Shown here piece after piece: positions 10,581 through 25,319 of a stretch of DNA of 64,000 nt (positions within the stretch are counted from its first letter, which is position 1; each line of letters starts with the position of its first letter). The stretch is from Antedon mediterranea (Eukaryota; Animalia; Echinodermata), in the NCBI RefSeq assembly GCF_964355755.1, contig NC_092678.1:1318422-1382421 (forward strand), read 5' to 3'. A program made the translations under genes and the position numbers. Under the pieces are notes generated by a model. The model saw only the letters and a program-made list of their open reading frames with translations, was not told the DNA's origin and did not search any database.

Positions 10581-13569
10581 TTATACAGTTTTCTATGGGA
10601 AGTGAATACATTTTGTTCATAATAACTAAAGAATCATATCTGTTGATAGGCCTAATCAAGATTAGACAAAAGAAATATTTCAAATTAAATTGATACCATT
10701 AAGCAGAAGGTCTTTAGAGTGTTATTAATATTTCAAGCTTTTAAAGCATTTTTTGATTGTTTTATCGGGTTGATTGTGGAAATGAGACTAGTATATGCTA
10801 ATGGCACTGATAGTTTGTGCTGAGAGAATTGTAGATTAGGATAAAGATAAATAAATCATCAAGGTGATTATGATGATGAGTAAGATATAATGATTATAAG
10901 TAATAAGGATTATTTTAATGGTGATTTTAAATAATAGTTTAAATGATAGTGACGATTCTATGAAGGTGAAGGTGACGATGAGTTCAGAGATGATTTAGAT
11001 GATGATCTGGTGTAGAGTGGTGATTATGTTAAGATATGTTCTCTATTACTTAATGTTATTGTCTCAATCAGTGGATACAACTATTAACCATTGTAAACAT
11101 TTTATCTGCATCTGTCTCTGCATTTTGTGACGTAGTAGGAATGTCCCGACCATGCGCAGATCAATATGAGATACCAGATGTTGATAACTATGAATTACAG
11201 ATTCGATCTTCCACTTTCTGGCTCTCGGTGACCTATCTCTCTACAGTTGAGCTCTATAGTATTAGGCATATATGGACTTTATTATGTAATCTCACCACAT
11301 TAGGGTAAGTTGCACTTTTCAATCATCGGCTTTAAATCAGAATTTTGTACAAACACTACTATGTTTTGACTATTTGGTAAAAACCAAAACGATGTTTTGA
11401 AACTGTTTTAAGAGACCATGCATTTATGTTTCTGAAAAGTCGTGCATTAGTCGGCTACAAATAGGCTGATAATGGTTTTTTTTCTGACTGGTATTTATTA
11501 AATGTCACATTTGTGCGTGTAACCTTATTTATGCTGTAGACGCATCCAGAGCATGAGAACAAAAACTTTCGAAATATATTATTATTATTATTATCAGCGT
11601 ATACCAACGTATGCACTTTTTGACAATCACGTGAAATTTCGGGTATCAATTAGTTTACTTTTTTATTCCAAATTTTAAAATGTTCTTGCTCAGACAATCA
11701 TCTTCATGTTTAATTTAATGACGTCATCATTGTAATACAGGCCTAGTGTCCTGGCATACATAAACTTTATACCAATTATTTTAATGTTTTTTCATTCTGC
11801 GATTGCGTCGTTAAGCTTAATGCGGTTGTGCCAAATTACCAATGTGTAATGTGCCCAAAGATGGTAGTGATATGCCCAAATATGGTAGTGATATGCCCAA
11901 ATATGGTAGTGATATGACATCATCATGTCCATATATAGGCACATCACATAGCTTTAGAGATCGTAACATATCCATATCATCTATTTCTATATTGATAACA
12001 AATTAAAACTAGGCTACATGCCAATTGTAAATTCATTAACAATGATAATTAACATACCTTGTAATTGAGATTTAAAAAAAAACTTAAAATCTGTGTGATG
12101 ATGTGAAATCAAATATCTGTATAAATTATCGATTATAGCGCTGCAGTTACAACTTGCACATGTGCAGTAGCCGCATATAAGATCATTTCTAATTGTTTAC
12201 AGCAGTTTAAGATATAGATTTATTATACCAATTATGTTTACGTTTAGCAGAATCGGATGCATTGAAAAAAATTACAACTTAATTTCCGAAAGTAAAATGG
12301 CAAATTAGGCCTACAAATTATAAAATCCGTTTACCTGTTCGTTAGTAAGATGGATTTTCACTATCTGGCTTTAATTCGACCTTAATTTGACCTCAATTGA
12401 TCATGATATGTGCAGTTAACAGTTATCATTATTCAGTCTTATGAAAATATACAAGCTACTAGACTGTAGGCCTACACGATGATGAGTGCGTATAATGGCC
12501 AAAAGCCAGGCTACAGCATACGTATCTTGTCTATGGGGAGGCCCCTGTCTCTGTTATTAATTTGAAGGAAAAAATAATCATCATTGAAGTAACAATACAT
12601 TTTTGCTTTGCTTCTTAAAAAAATCAATCATAATAATAATAACAATGTATTTCACGGTTGTTGTTAGTCTATTGTTCAGAATAGTACACGGTTAATATGT
12701 ACACAATAACTACACTTTATTTATTAATAAATAGTGAAAAATCTACCAAAATGTTTGTACTGCGCACGTGTGAGACTTCACACTTAATTTTATTTTATTT
12801 ATCTTATTTTTAATTTCACCCCATCCAACAGCAAATATGAGGTAATACACATTGCGCTATAATAGAGCACGCAAGCTTAGCCTTTAAAGTACCTTATAGC
12901 TACCCCATCAGTCGGATAATTATACTTAAGATAACCCCAAGACACAGAGCATTCATCATCAGGCAAACTGTCCTCATAAAATAATAATAATGCATTACAA
13001 CATGACATATATCTTCCTAAAAGACAACATGTATTAATAGTTAATATGTAGGCTTTTGATTCATAAGCGATAGGCAGTGAATGAGTTATAGCGCGGCGTG
13101 CAAACAAAAAAGTATTGGCTTCCCGCCGCGCGTATTGGCTTGGTTTTCCCATCATTTGTACACAGCGCAGTGCCGTACGCGTAACGCCAGTAACAACACA
13201 CGCAGAAGTTTGGAATAGCCGTCGCATTGTGATGCTTGGTACCCACTAGGACGCAACGCAACAACGTAGACGTAACGCAAAGGCCTGAGGCCCCTGGTTT
13301 AGGAACTCTAAGTGGCCCTCTAACGTTGGAGGCCTCAGTTTTAAGCCTTTTTTGACATATTATATTATGTTAATGCTTGTTTTTCCTCTGTTACCCATAA
13401 GTTCCGGGGCCCCTGGGTTTAGCCAATGAGCGCTCATAGCCGTTACGCCAGTGTTCGGATGCTCCGTCGCTTGTGATTGGGCACAATAACGTTTACGTCC
13501 TTGCGTTGCGTATATTACCCCATGTGCCTAACCTTTTAACGCTGTAGTTTGATTTACTTTGTTGCTTTA

Positions 13570-13789
13570 AAGTTTCTGGTATCAACACTAGTGGTAACGT
13601 TCCCCGTCCAACTAAGTTTCTGGTATCAACACTAGTGGTAACGCTCCCCGTCCAACTAAGTTTCTGGTATCAACACTAGTGGTAACGTTCCCCGTCCAAC
13701 TAAGTTTCTGGTATCAACACTAGTGGTAACGCTCCCCGTCCAACTAAGTTTCTGGTATCAACACTAGTGGTAACGCTCCCTGTCCAACT
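13570..13789. repeat. 44-bp tandem repeat, 5 copies
   Basis: Unit aagtttctggtatcaacactagtggtaacg(t/c)tccccgtccaact. Confidence 0.95.
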
Positions 13790-14305
13790 ATTACCGTAAC
13801 TCCCAAAATCAATAGTTATGTCGTATACATTCTTTAAGCTACAAGACATTAATGTCTAGCATGCGCATACTATTTTCGCGCCGTGCATGTGCATGCATGA
13901 TGTATTAATGAGGTGTTTTGTTCCGTTCCTCTCTTCATGTGGGTGAATAAAATTGATTTAGGACATCAATTATTTGAATGTTATAAAAAGTATTGAATAA
14001 CGTACAAATGAACGCATCGTCGAGTTTTTCAATTCCCCGACGTGATATAAATTTTGTATCATATCAGTAAAAATTATACGCAATATCTTTATGCGATAAA
14101 AAATGCTACGATTTCCTTACAAGCATGAACTAGCAATAACGTGATGGATGACAGGTTTTGGACATAAAATGAAACACTTACCCACATATTTGAAGTCTAT
14201 TAGAGGTCCATACGACACTGTGAAAATAACCTCAAGATGAACTTACAACTAAAATATTCATTTTTAAAAAGGACAAAAATGTTCAGTTAAAGGAGGCATC
14301 ATCAC

Positions 14306-14951
14306 CCATTCGATAAATCAATTGATCAACCATTCGATTAATCAATCGATCAACCAACCAACCAATCGATTAATCAATCAATCAATCAATATATCAATCA
14401 TTCAGCCAATCGTTTAATCAATCAATCAACCAACCATTCGATTAATCAATCGATCAACCAACAATTCGATTAATCAATCGATCAACCAATCGATCAACCA
14501 ACCAACCAATCGATTAATCAATCAATCAATAATTAAACCAATCGTTTAATCAATCAACAAACCATTCGATTAATCTACCGATCAACCAACCAATCGTTTA
14601 TTCAATCAATCAATAATTAAACCAATAGTTTAATCAACCAAACCATTCGATTAATCAATCGATCAACCAACCAATCGATTAATCAATCAATCAATAAATA
14701 ATTCAACCAATCGTTAATCAATCAACAAACTATTCGATTAATAAATCGATCAACCAACAATTCGATTAGTCAATCGATCAACCAACTAATCGATCAACCA
14801 ACCAATCGATTAATCAACAAATCATTCAACCAAACGATTAATCAATTATTCAACCAATCGTTCAATAAATCAAATAACCAACCAACCAATCAATATATCA
14901 ATCATTCAGCCAATCGATTAGTCAAATCAACCAATCGATCAATCAATCAAT
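14306..14951. repeat. Compound (AATC/AACC/GATC)n microsatellite
   Basis: Degenerate tetranucleotide array visible directly. Confidence 0.9.
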
Positions 14952-17414
14952 GAAAAAAGTATGCGGAAACATTATTGGAAATCAGCGTTTCATTTACCAG
15001 TCTCAAGTATGCTTTTTGTTAAAATTGGTGCGATATGATATTTGATTGATAGAGGAAAGAATATGACGTTGAGATTGGAGAAGAAACACGAATACAATAA
15101 AAATGCAAATATCATTTCGTGTGGAAACAAACCTTTAAAACCGCATCCTTTACACGGCAATTTATGGAAATTACAAATTTACATATTGGAAAACGTACAA
15201 AATTGCCTTTGAATGTCAATATTAAAATATAATAGATAATCTAGGGCCATTGACACGATAGATTCCCTAATCGCTCATTCGGGTTTCACATACGTGATAT
15301 CAATGTTGCTAATTTCTAATACAAAGTTGTTATAGAATGTCCCCCGTTTCTGCAAGGAGTATTAATGTAGTAATCATCAATCAATAATTTTTTGCATGAA
15401 TAATGAAATATATATATGAGTGTTATCAATATTGGGATCTCTTTGGACATTTCGTGCGTTGTGATATTAAATATAAAATTCTCCGAAAAAAGAATTAAAA
15501 ATGTTTTATACAATGGACGCTGGTTCACTAGTGTAGAGATTTACCTGAATTAATTAGCCATGACCAATCCTAGGTTCATTCGCGTTCACACTTATGCAGA
15601 CTCAGCACCTATAGGTCGTTGTTGTGTAAGCTTACGTTCACATTGAACAGTGAGTTCAAGTGCATGTGTAATTACGTTTTACCATTATTCCGTGATTATC
15701 GCCGGTAGAACAATGTATTCGGAATATACACACTATATTTTTCGAATATTTCTGAATATTATGCCAATTGCATGGCGGAGTGTTTCGATGCGCAGATCCA
15801 ATCTATCTAAACACTGGAACACAGAGGAATCATTTGAGGCTGACACGCCAAGTTGTTTGGTCAATCGCCCAGGCCAAGCGCGAGGGGAATTATTATTTGG
15901 GCTGACTGAGTCTCTGGTTTTAAGCCATGCTCCTGGCTTTAGTCATCCCTCTGAGCAGAAATAAGAGGCTCATGGTCCCCAACTGATTCCTGACCACACT
16001 TCTACGATTTCATTGATGTACGAATTCTATTCAGATGGGGATATCTACAGCCTTCTGCACTGATTTGAGATAGCTACAAGTAAATCTTGGTTCCCACTAC
16101 GACGAAAGGCAAGCGTGTTGACCAATTACAAGCGACAGTTCGAATAATTCATCGCTTGTGATTGGTCAAGTAAATTGCGTTGCGTTACGTCCTTATGTTG
16201 AGGAAACCAAGCATAAATGATAATTTATTTTTACTTTACAGACCAATATGCAAAGCGACTTAGCTCCTGTGCATTTTGAATGACACTAACAGCCTGTAAT
16301 ATTTTACGTAGGCGGAAACATAAATATAGATTTATTAACGAATTCTGAATGCGCCCTAATGATGTATGGTTTCAAACATAATTATTCGTGTCGTGTATTA
16401 GACTTTTATTGACTTTCTCATTGTATATTAATAATTATTTTATAAATCAGTCAATTGTACTTACTGGCTTTGTATAATAGGTACAGTTGTATTTGTCATT
16501 GTACTATAATATCAGTACAACAACCGTGCCATGTGCTGAAAATAATTTTTTTCTAATTTCATAAATATCAAAAGGAGATGAACCGTTCCCTCGTGGGGAG
16601 TTATCAAATTGACGATAACAACATATAAACCTAACCGCTGTATCTATAATGTTTACAGTATCATACGCAACGTCTGTGATAAAGTGTCACAGGTGACGCC
16701 AAACCTTAAAACATGTGATACGTATGTGACATTATTACATAATTGTCCTATGATACTGGATGTACTGTGTATGCTAATGGAGAAACATGTGAGAATCTGG
16801 TTGTACATTACGTGCATAAAAGAAAATATAAATAAAACATTATTTAAAAAAATGATATTAATTTTTTTAAATTTTGTTGAATAGAATAGCATATGAAACT
16901 AGACCAGACTTATACAGGTAAGTTGGTTTCAATTCATGGCCGCAGTTATCGCTTAATTTGGTGGGTAGAACTCGTTAAATAATTAATAGCAATAAGCCTG
17001 AAGGGGCCTTAATATATTATATATGATGTATAGTATAATGACAGTCTTATAATACAGTAGATATGTCAGACCTGACTCCGAGAGATCAACAATTTCGATA
17101 ACTAATTAAATCAATATTATGTACATGTATACGCTGATTAAGGTTAATTTGGCAGTGGCATATGAAACAGTAGGAGGCATTGGACAGCAATGCATTTATA
17201 ATAGATACGAAGACATCCAGGAGCTGCTAAGCTTGTTATTACTCGTACAGAATACACTGTTTCTTGTCGCCGTGTATTAAATATTTACATGCGATATGTA
17301 CATGTCGTGAAATATTAACATATATTTAGCATCCAGTAGGCCTAAATAGATTTTGAACGCGCGCGCGTATAAATGATGTTTCTTTAATAGGATATCATAT
17401 ATAAAACATCGTAA

Positions 17415-17516
17415 CTTTTACTAGCGTGCAAACGCGCCTCTACAGCTCACTATGTCGGTCGGTAAACACTAACTCAAATTTGCGCACGTGACTGCAGCCA
17501 TGTATATGGCCTTGTT
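17415..17516 (+). mobile_element. HINE/DINE-1-like element copy
   Basis: Shares ctcactatgtcggtcggtaaacactaactcaaattt and the ggccttgtt end with 5364-5465; 3' hairpin gccatgtatatggc. Confidence 0.6.
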
Positions 17517-17773
17517 ATATAGATAGATTGGCCAATCTGAATACCTCGATTGGTTTTTCTTATCTTTAGTTCAAATTTGTGTACAGTAATTTCATTTGTT
17601 ATGAGTGAATTTTATAAAAGTTATATAATATTTGTATGAATAAATTTCTCTATTGTTTGATGTTTTGATGTTTTCTCTTTTTAATTTCAAATTTTTAAAA
17701 ATTAAAATTCAATTCAGAATTTATGATAATTTAATTCACTTTCGAATGCAGCTTTAGTCACCATATTTTATAA

Positions 17774-17899
17774 AGCTACACTATCCTATCAAACTTGATG
17801 TGACAAAAATGTGGTGTGCCCAAATATGGAAGTGATATGCACAAATATGACATCATCATGTCCATATATGTATAAAGTCTGATAGTGTATACAAAACTT
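17774..17899. mobile_element. MITE family A copy (diverged)
   Basis: agctacactatc..tcaaac..tgtgcccaaatatgg..tgatagtgtatacaaaact. Confidence 0.65.
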
Positions 17900-19479
17900 T
17901 ATAAATGGCCTACTGACTCTTAAGCAGTACTTTTATGTATTTGGTTGTTTTATTGTATTCGAAATACAGTAAAGGTTTTTTTATTACATATTCAACATAC
18001 ACACTTATTGTATATTCGTAAATGAATCGCTCCACGACGCCAAATAAATATATTGTTAATTGGTAACATTGCTAAAATAAGTCAAATGCATTTTGTGGGT
18101 ATTAAAACAACTCAACGTATACACATCACTCTGGGATATGCCGAAGGTTTTACGTTACACAGATAATGTTAATATATTTCCTTAGGAAATATCAACATAA
18201 ACAAATTAAAGTAATAAATATTGTATACTGTACATCGCGAACATGTGGTGTACTGCGTACTATTGTCCATCCAATCCATTTAATATTATACAAATAATGA
18301 ATGTTTATGAGTGGAATAGTACAAATAATGCCATGAGGTGAAAGTACTATTGAACGACCGTTAAATAGTGACCCACAATCGTCCAATCAAATGACAAGAA
18401 TTTATTAAGGTGTTATATAAAGGTTAATTTTAAATAGGTGAACGTTGTTCTCATCGCTTTGAAATTCGCAAATCGCCGACCGAGCGTCTTAATCAATCAA
18501 AGGGCGATTTGAATTGCTCGTTGATAACAAGATCGGGGCTTTCTAAACACGACGGCCTCCCGGTGGACCTACACACGTATCATGGGTCGTCGCTTGAACC
18601 TAGAATCCGTCGGTAAAGCACCTCCGAATGTCCCCGTATGTGCACAAGGAATTAATTCTAGGTCCCCTCAGGTCGTAGAAAATCGTCCAAGATGTCATTT
18701 TCCATTCCTCTGTGTTAAATCTTTACAGAATGAGTATTTCGATTTATTGTATGTTTGCGAAACACATTATCTGCAATAAGCAAAGCAAATATTATCTGAG
18801 GATACTCTTAAAGAATTGCCAATTAACGAACTTTCTTCAGATAATAGGAGGCACGCACTTCATACTCTGTCAATTAAGCATTGATCCTACAGTAGGCCTA
18901 CAGTTTACGTAGCGACTGCTAGGCTGTTTTAATAGGATGACGGGCCAGCATGACAGCCATCAAAAATATTATACAATCGTATAAGTTAACTTGATTTATT
19001 ACGATTTATAGGCCTCTTTATGAAGAATATTAGATATCCAGTCGGTATGTTAATGATGAAGGTATAGGCCCTAGGGGAGGTTGCAAGTGGATTAATAAGA
19101 AGTGAACTAGTTATGTCCTTATTCGTCGGAACCACAGAACCCGGATTCTCTATATCTGACGAAACTGTTGATATAGTAAAACCGACTTACAGAGAATCCT
19201 TTAAAATAATTACATTAATTATAAATCATCACGATTATTCGCTGTAAATTATTATGAAGCTGATTAATTGTGGCGGATTTATTGAAAAATTCTGCATCTT
19301 GATTTATGTTTTTCTTACATCAATATGTTAATAATATCCGGTCGATAAGGCATGTAATAATTTTTATGGAAAGCTGTAGAGAGGTTATTATTACAATATT
19401 TATTGAAGTAGATACTTGTTTTGAAAACTGTTTAGTTATGCGTTTTATTTAGTGGGAGTATATATAAAGGATTGGAGTT

Positions 19480-19960
19480 AAGTTAAGTCCCGGACTAAGT
19501 ACAGATGGGATTGGATGACACATGATTTTACGGAGGTGAGTGGAGGAGTAGATTGAGTGAAAGTACTGAATGTGACGTCAGGATCAGGTGAGTTTTAGAT
19601 GAAACCAGATAAGATGAAATTGAGTTGAGATAAAGTTGGCTATGAGATTGAGATGAGTTGAGATAGGGTGTTTTGGTGAGATGAGATCGGGTGTTTTAAA
19701 GGGGTGAGATGTAATGTTTTTGGTGAGTTGAGATCGGGTGTTTTGGTGAGATGAGATTGGGTGTTTTGGTGAGATGAGATGGGGTGTTTTTGGTGAGCTT
19801 TGGTGGAGCTGAGATCGGGTGGAGGTGGAATCGACTGGAGCCGACCAGTGTGGATAGTGATGAAATGTGAAGTGGGGAGGTGATGTTGAGATGGATAGAG
19901 ATGATGTGTCAGAGGTGGTGATGGAATCGAGTAGATGATGAGATTGGTTAATGATCAAAA
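19480..19960. repeat. GAGAT/GGTGA low-complexity repeat
   Basis: Repeated gagatgagatcgggtgttttggt-like units. Confidence 0.8.
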
Positions 19961-21451
19961 ACAGTGTGGAACTATATCACAAGAATGCTCATTAGTATTT
20001 ACTTACAGGGTATAGAAGAAAGGCTAAACATCCTAGGTGGTGTTGAGGAAGCATAATGTGTCTTGTCATTAGTAGGATGATTTACCGCAGTAGTTCAACA
20101 ACATTTTATCTCTTTAGGCGCCAATAAAATTAATATTAATTTCAAATGTCATTTATATGTATATTTGAACGGGGGCGTTGAGAGCGTTTGCTGTATTTGC
20201 ACATTGTTAGAAAAGACGTGTCCTTCGTTAATTGAACTTCAAGAAAGGAACAATTATTGAGTACAATTGCATTTCAGATCACGTTGTCTCTACAATAGAT
20301 TTCGAATCATCGATCAACCTTCGTACCATACAAAACTATATATCATTTCAATGAATGTACCTAAGTGATTAGGCCTATCAATTGTATAGATGTGCTTATA
20401 AAACGTTTCGTAGGCCTAGGCCTAAACAATTATCCAATTACGTTGTTTTTATTCTGGTGTTAACATATTAATAATTAATGGTGAAGGCTATAGATAAGAT
20501 GCAATGTTTTGTGCCTCGGTGATCTGTTAAGGTAAGCCTCTTGCTTTAATATTAACATTGTTTAGGCCTAATATTGATAGGTGTCCAGCAATCATTCACG
20601 GTGTATACTCTAAATGTAAACACATTTTATTTTTTTAGGTTGATGTACGACAGTATGTGAACAAATGAACGCAGTGTCGAGTTTTCCAGAACAACTCGAG
20701 AGCCTAACTAATGATCGTACATATACCATATACTGCAAAACTGATCGTTGTGAATACTGTGCTGCAAATCGGTTCCCATGCCTATGTGTTACACAAAGGT
20801 AAGCTTAACAAGAACTTGTTTATTTTTATTGAAACTTTGTATAATTATTTTATTCAGGGTTTGACAGTTATAGACGGTTGTACCTTTTATGACTTACATT
20901 AAATAAGCATATTGCACGTTCAGTATACCATGCTCTGTCAATGGCCTTTCTGTACGGAAATTGTTGATCCTTGCGGGGGTGGGGCAATTGCAGCAAATCC
21001 CCTTTTAAGAGGACACTTTCGGGACCTAACACAATTTCCCCTCAATAAGGGTCTCAAAGAGACTTGTACTATAATAATAGTACATCCAAGGAGTTGTAAA
21101 ATCCTGGTACGTCCGTCCTGTTAAACCTGCGAATTGAAAATAGAATATATATTTTGTGTCGATCAGATGTACCGTAAACATAAATAAACGTATCCGAAGT
21201 ACATAAAAACAGAACATTCGGAAGTTAATGATAGACTGAGTTTTATTAAGAGAAATCACGTACGTGAATCAATCTATCAGCACGACCCATTACATAATAA
21301 ATTGCCAGACTCTGTTGAGAATTATCATTTTGATTTGATGTTCACTTTATGCATAATTAGCTATAATTTTATTGGCGGATTACGTGGTTTTACCTGTGGT
21401 TTTTATAGGATGCATAACATTAGCAACACTGCTCGTATGTGTGTACTGTAT

Positions 21452-21783
21452 TATATTTATTTTATTTATTTTATGTCTTTAGGAAATGTGACTAAGGATT
21501 AATCACTGTCCTATCAGATAGGTGGTAATCCCTCTGATACAGGGGCTATTTTGTGAAACAGTTTACCGGGGAACCCCCTACTCTTTTCGAAGAAGAACTG
21601 GGTTCTTTAAAGTGCACACAGGTTATAACTGTGTACACTGGACCTACGGTAGTCCTTATCCGAGAAGACTTGTTTTACCACCAAAACTAGGAGCGAATCG
21701 GCCTCGAACCCTTGCCGATGTTGTTGGCTCTTTAGGTACGATAAACGGCGCCCCTGCCGTAACCGCTCGGCCATTTGACTCGC
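21452..21783 (-). mobile_element. Near full-length tRNA-headed SINE with Deu/Nin-type central domain
   Basis: Minus strand: A box TGGCCGAGCGG, B box GGTTCGAGGCC, core TCGGATAAGGAC..CCGTAGGTCC..GCACTTTAAAGAACCCAG..TTCGAAAAGAGTAGGGG resembling the DeuSINE/AmnSINE1 domain (from memory), (TAAAA)n tail. Confidence 0.8.
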
Positions 21784-23297
21784 TTATATAGTGTTTATAT
21801 TATAGGCCTATAATGAAACTAGTACTTTTTTGGAACATTCCTATTCAGGGGACACATCTATTATGAAGGAAACTTTCCATTTAATGAACATGGGGAAATA
21901 TATGTTTTTTTACACTGCAAACCCATATTCAAGGAACGCCCTCTAAGAGGACACTTCCCATGAAACACTACAGCCAATTCCTAATCAGGGGAAGCTCTTT
22001 GTAAGGGACATTTTCCACTACTACCGGACGAGGAGCACTAGCCTATGTGGCAACACTCCACCAAGCCCTATTCGGGAACACTTGCCCATAAAACCGAGGC
22101 GTACGGCAATATGTTTTAACACTCCATCCTATTCCTATAGGGGGACGCCGCTTTATTGGGTATCTAGATTGTGTCCCTTTTGTAGGAGTTATAAATCTAA
22201 ACTACAGTATATTATTTATTTAAAAATTCTAAAATAACAGCACCAACGACAAGTTGACAAGCTGGCAAGTTTTGTACATTCCAGTGTGTATGTCTATCTG
22301 TCAAACGTCAGTTAGAGAACCGTAACTACTGGGAAAACAACTTTTCTGCGTTATCCTATTAGGCGAAATGTACGTTAGTGTTACGGGTGGATTTTTTTGT
22401 GTGTGAAAGTACGTTTGTGTACACTGTCACTGCTTGTGATGTATGTGTTATTGTTTGTATTATAAAATCCGGAATAAATTGAATTGAATTGGTTTTACCA
22501 GCGATTTTATATCATGTGATCGTTTACAATATCATTGCTTACGTCATCATGCCTTGTCACACCGGGGCCACTGTAAATTATGTATTTTGAATATTACCAC
22601 CTGATTTGTCAGCCTATAGATGGCGCGCACAGCTATGTTTAAGGCGCAACTATGGCGATGATTTATGAAGATAGCTATGACGTAATAATTCATGTTCTGT
22701 TACTAGTAACGTACTAATGGTTCTAAAATTAATATTCAATTAAAATGATCAGAATTATTCCATTTATTTGTTCCAAATTACTAATAATTATTAATATTTC
22801 ATCAAATGGCGTCAGATAACATCGCGTCATCAAATCAACCAAAAGTCAATCTCTGAAAGTAAGTCCACTTTAAGTTGACATACGTCATGCAAATTAGTCA
22901 ATCAAATTCAAGACTGTCGAATTAACATCGCGTCAGTGGTTGCCAAGGCTATGTATAACACTACATTGTCTATTAATAAATATCGCTTACGCATAATTTG
23001 TTTGTTCGAAGTGTTTATATCTTAAGCAAAACAGTAGATGATATGAGTGATTTTTGATGATTTTTCCCGATCGCGAAAAATGCTAAAACAACAAACAACA
23101 TTTAATTCTGCTGTATTAGCTTGGCCGTAACAACAGTGGATGCAGTGTCCCAAGGACTTACTTTAAGGGTAACGCGAGTGAGTTGACCAATACAGTTTGA
23201 ATGATCAATCCCGTCGTCGTGATTGGTCAAATTGCTTGCGCTGTGCTTACGTCATTGCGTTGCGTCCTACATATTTGCTTGCAGGTTCATTCTCTAA

Positions 23298-23490
23298 AGC
23301 TTTGTCAAACTTTATGTGCAAAAAATGTAATGCGCCCATATATGGGCACGATCAGATGTCATATCACTACCATATTTGGGCATATCACTACCATATTTGG
23401 GCATATCACTACCATATTTGGGCATATCACTACCATAATTGGGCATATCACTACCGTATTTGGGCATATCACTACCGTATTTGGACACTC
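23298..23490. mobile_element. MITE family A copy with an internally amplified 21-bp unit (~6 copies)
   Basis: gcatatcactaccatatttgg repeated inside family A sequence. Confidence 0.75.
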
Positions 23491-24015
23491 ACACTTCCAA
23501 ATGCTCTTAATTTGTAAATTGAGGCAAAATATAGAATTTAATGTCCTCGTAAAAATTCAATTTAAAAATGTATGACTCAATCAAATCATTAACTACAATC
23601 ATTGTCGATATCAATTTAAATACAGTATATTTGTAAAAGTTAATTATTTTAAACATTACAATTTTCTAAATGGTCTATGATAAATGTGATACAGTTGGAA
23701 AAAATGTCATACTGTATTGTAGTGTGTTCACAAATTGTTTTGTAATGGCGTCCTCTAACCATGAATTCCTTTTACTACTGGATAGGTATGGGCGGCCGTT
23801 ATGGCTATAATATACAACGTGTAAATACGCAAAAAGAACGGCCGCCCATAGATTGCATGTACGATATACGATATAATTAAAACATTTTAATCTTTTTTAA
23901 GTAGGTTGTTGGTGTAAATGTATAAAACATCTCGTCTGTTGTTGTCAGTAGGCCTACCTAAAAGTCACTGAATTTATGTAAATTTTAACCATCGATAGAT
24001 AATATCCTTATATTT

Positions 24016-24786
24016 TTATTTGTAATCTTCTTAAGTGGATTAGAGTCTGAATATAGGCTATGTTGCGAGGTAGGCATTGCGATTGTTATTTGTAATCTTC
24101 TTAAGTGGATTAGAGTCTGAATATAGGCTATGTTGCGAGGTAGGCATTGCGATTGTTATTTGTAATCTTCTTAAGTGGATTAGAGTCTGAATATAGGCTA
24201 TGTTGCGAGGTAGGCATTGCGATTGTTATTTGTAATCTTCTTAAGTGGATTAGAGTCTGAATATAGGCTATGTTGCGAGGTAGGCATTGCGATTGTTATT
24301 TGTAATCTTCTTAAGTGGATTAGAGTCTGAATATAGGCTATGTTGCGAGGTAGGCATTGCGATTGTTATTTGTAATCTTCTTAAGTGGATTAGAGTCTGA
24401 ATATATAGGCTATGTTGCGAGGTAGGCATTGCGATTGTTATTTGTAATCTTCTTAAGTGGATTAGAGTCTGAATATAGGCTATGTTGCGAGGTAGGCATT
24501 GCGATTGTTATTTGTAATCTTCTTAAGTGGATTAGAGTCTGAATATAGGCTATGTTGTGAGGTAGGCATTGCGATTGTTATTTGTAATCTTCTTAAGTGG
24601 ATTAGAGTCTGAATATAGGCTATGTTGCGAGGTAGGCATTGCGATTGTTATTTGTAATCTTCTTAAGTGGATTAGAGTCTGAATATAGGCTATGTTGCGA
24701 GGTAGGCATTGCGATTGTTATTTGTAATCTTCTTAAGTGGATTAGAGTCTGAATATAGGCTATGTTGCGAGGTAGGCATTGCGATT
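24016..24786. repeat. 70-bp tandem repeat, ~11 near-identical copies
   Basis: Unit ttatttgtaatcttcttaagtggattagagtctgaatataggctatgttgcgaggtaggcattgcgattg. Confidence 0.95.
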
Positions 24787-25319
24787 TCAATAATTTGAGT
24801 ATTTTTCGGTTTCATATGGCCTCACTTTTGTTTTCATATTATCACCAGCTTAAAATTCAGACTTTTACGATCGGACTTTTGTGACTGATAATATTATGTG
24901 ATTTACTTAGTCGGTTAAGTATACTAGCCTTAAATTTGTGTTATTAATAATTCGATGTCATTACAATTCTAAATGTAATTCACTGATGGTAATCAATAAT
25001 GGAAGGCCTGGTTTAATTTATGTAAAATGTTTTCTATTGATGTGAATTTCTTTTTTTAGAAATTCATTAAAGTGAAGAGCATTGATTTTTAAACTATTCT
25101 TCATATCCACTTATATAATTATTGATTTATATGTATTTGTTTCCTTTGTGTTATTTTTTGTTGTTGCAACGTTGATTTAAATTGTAGATAATATGACGTA
25201 TATTGTATTAATTTCGTATTGTTTACGTAGGTTGCTATGTTCGTATGGCACGTGACGGTTGCTAGGTATTCAGACCAATCACTATTTTTTACCGGATAAT
25301 ACGATTGCAACCGGATACT

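Noticed and set aside
19584-19958. 124-aa His/Ser/Pro-rich ORF
   Set aside because: Reverse translation of low-complexity GAGAT repeats.
20639-20798. Exon-like segment (ttttag| ... AAG|gtaagc)
   Set aside because: Stops in all three frames; could be a 5' UTR exon of the downstream gene but cannot be supported without transcripts.
21690-21783. tRNA gene
   Set aside because: A and B boxes are present but no cloverleaf; it is the head of a SINE.
23197-23575. ORFs with AYHYHIW / HITTIFG repeats
   Set aside because: Translations of the 21-bp internal repeat of a family A MITE.
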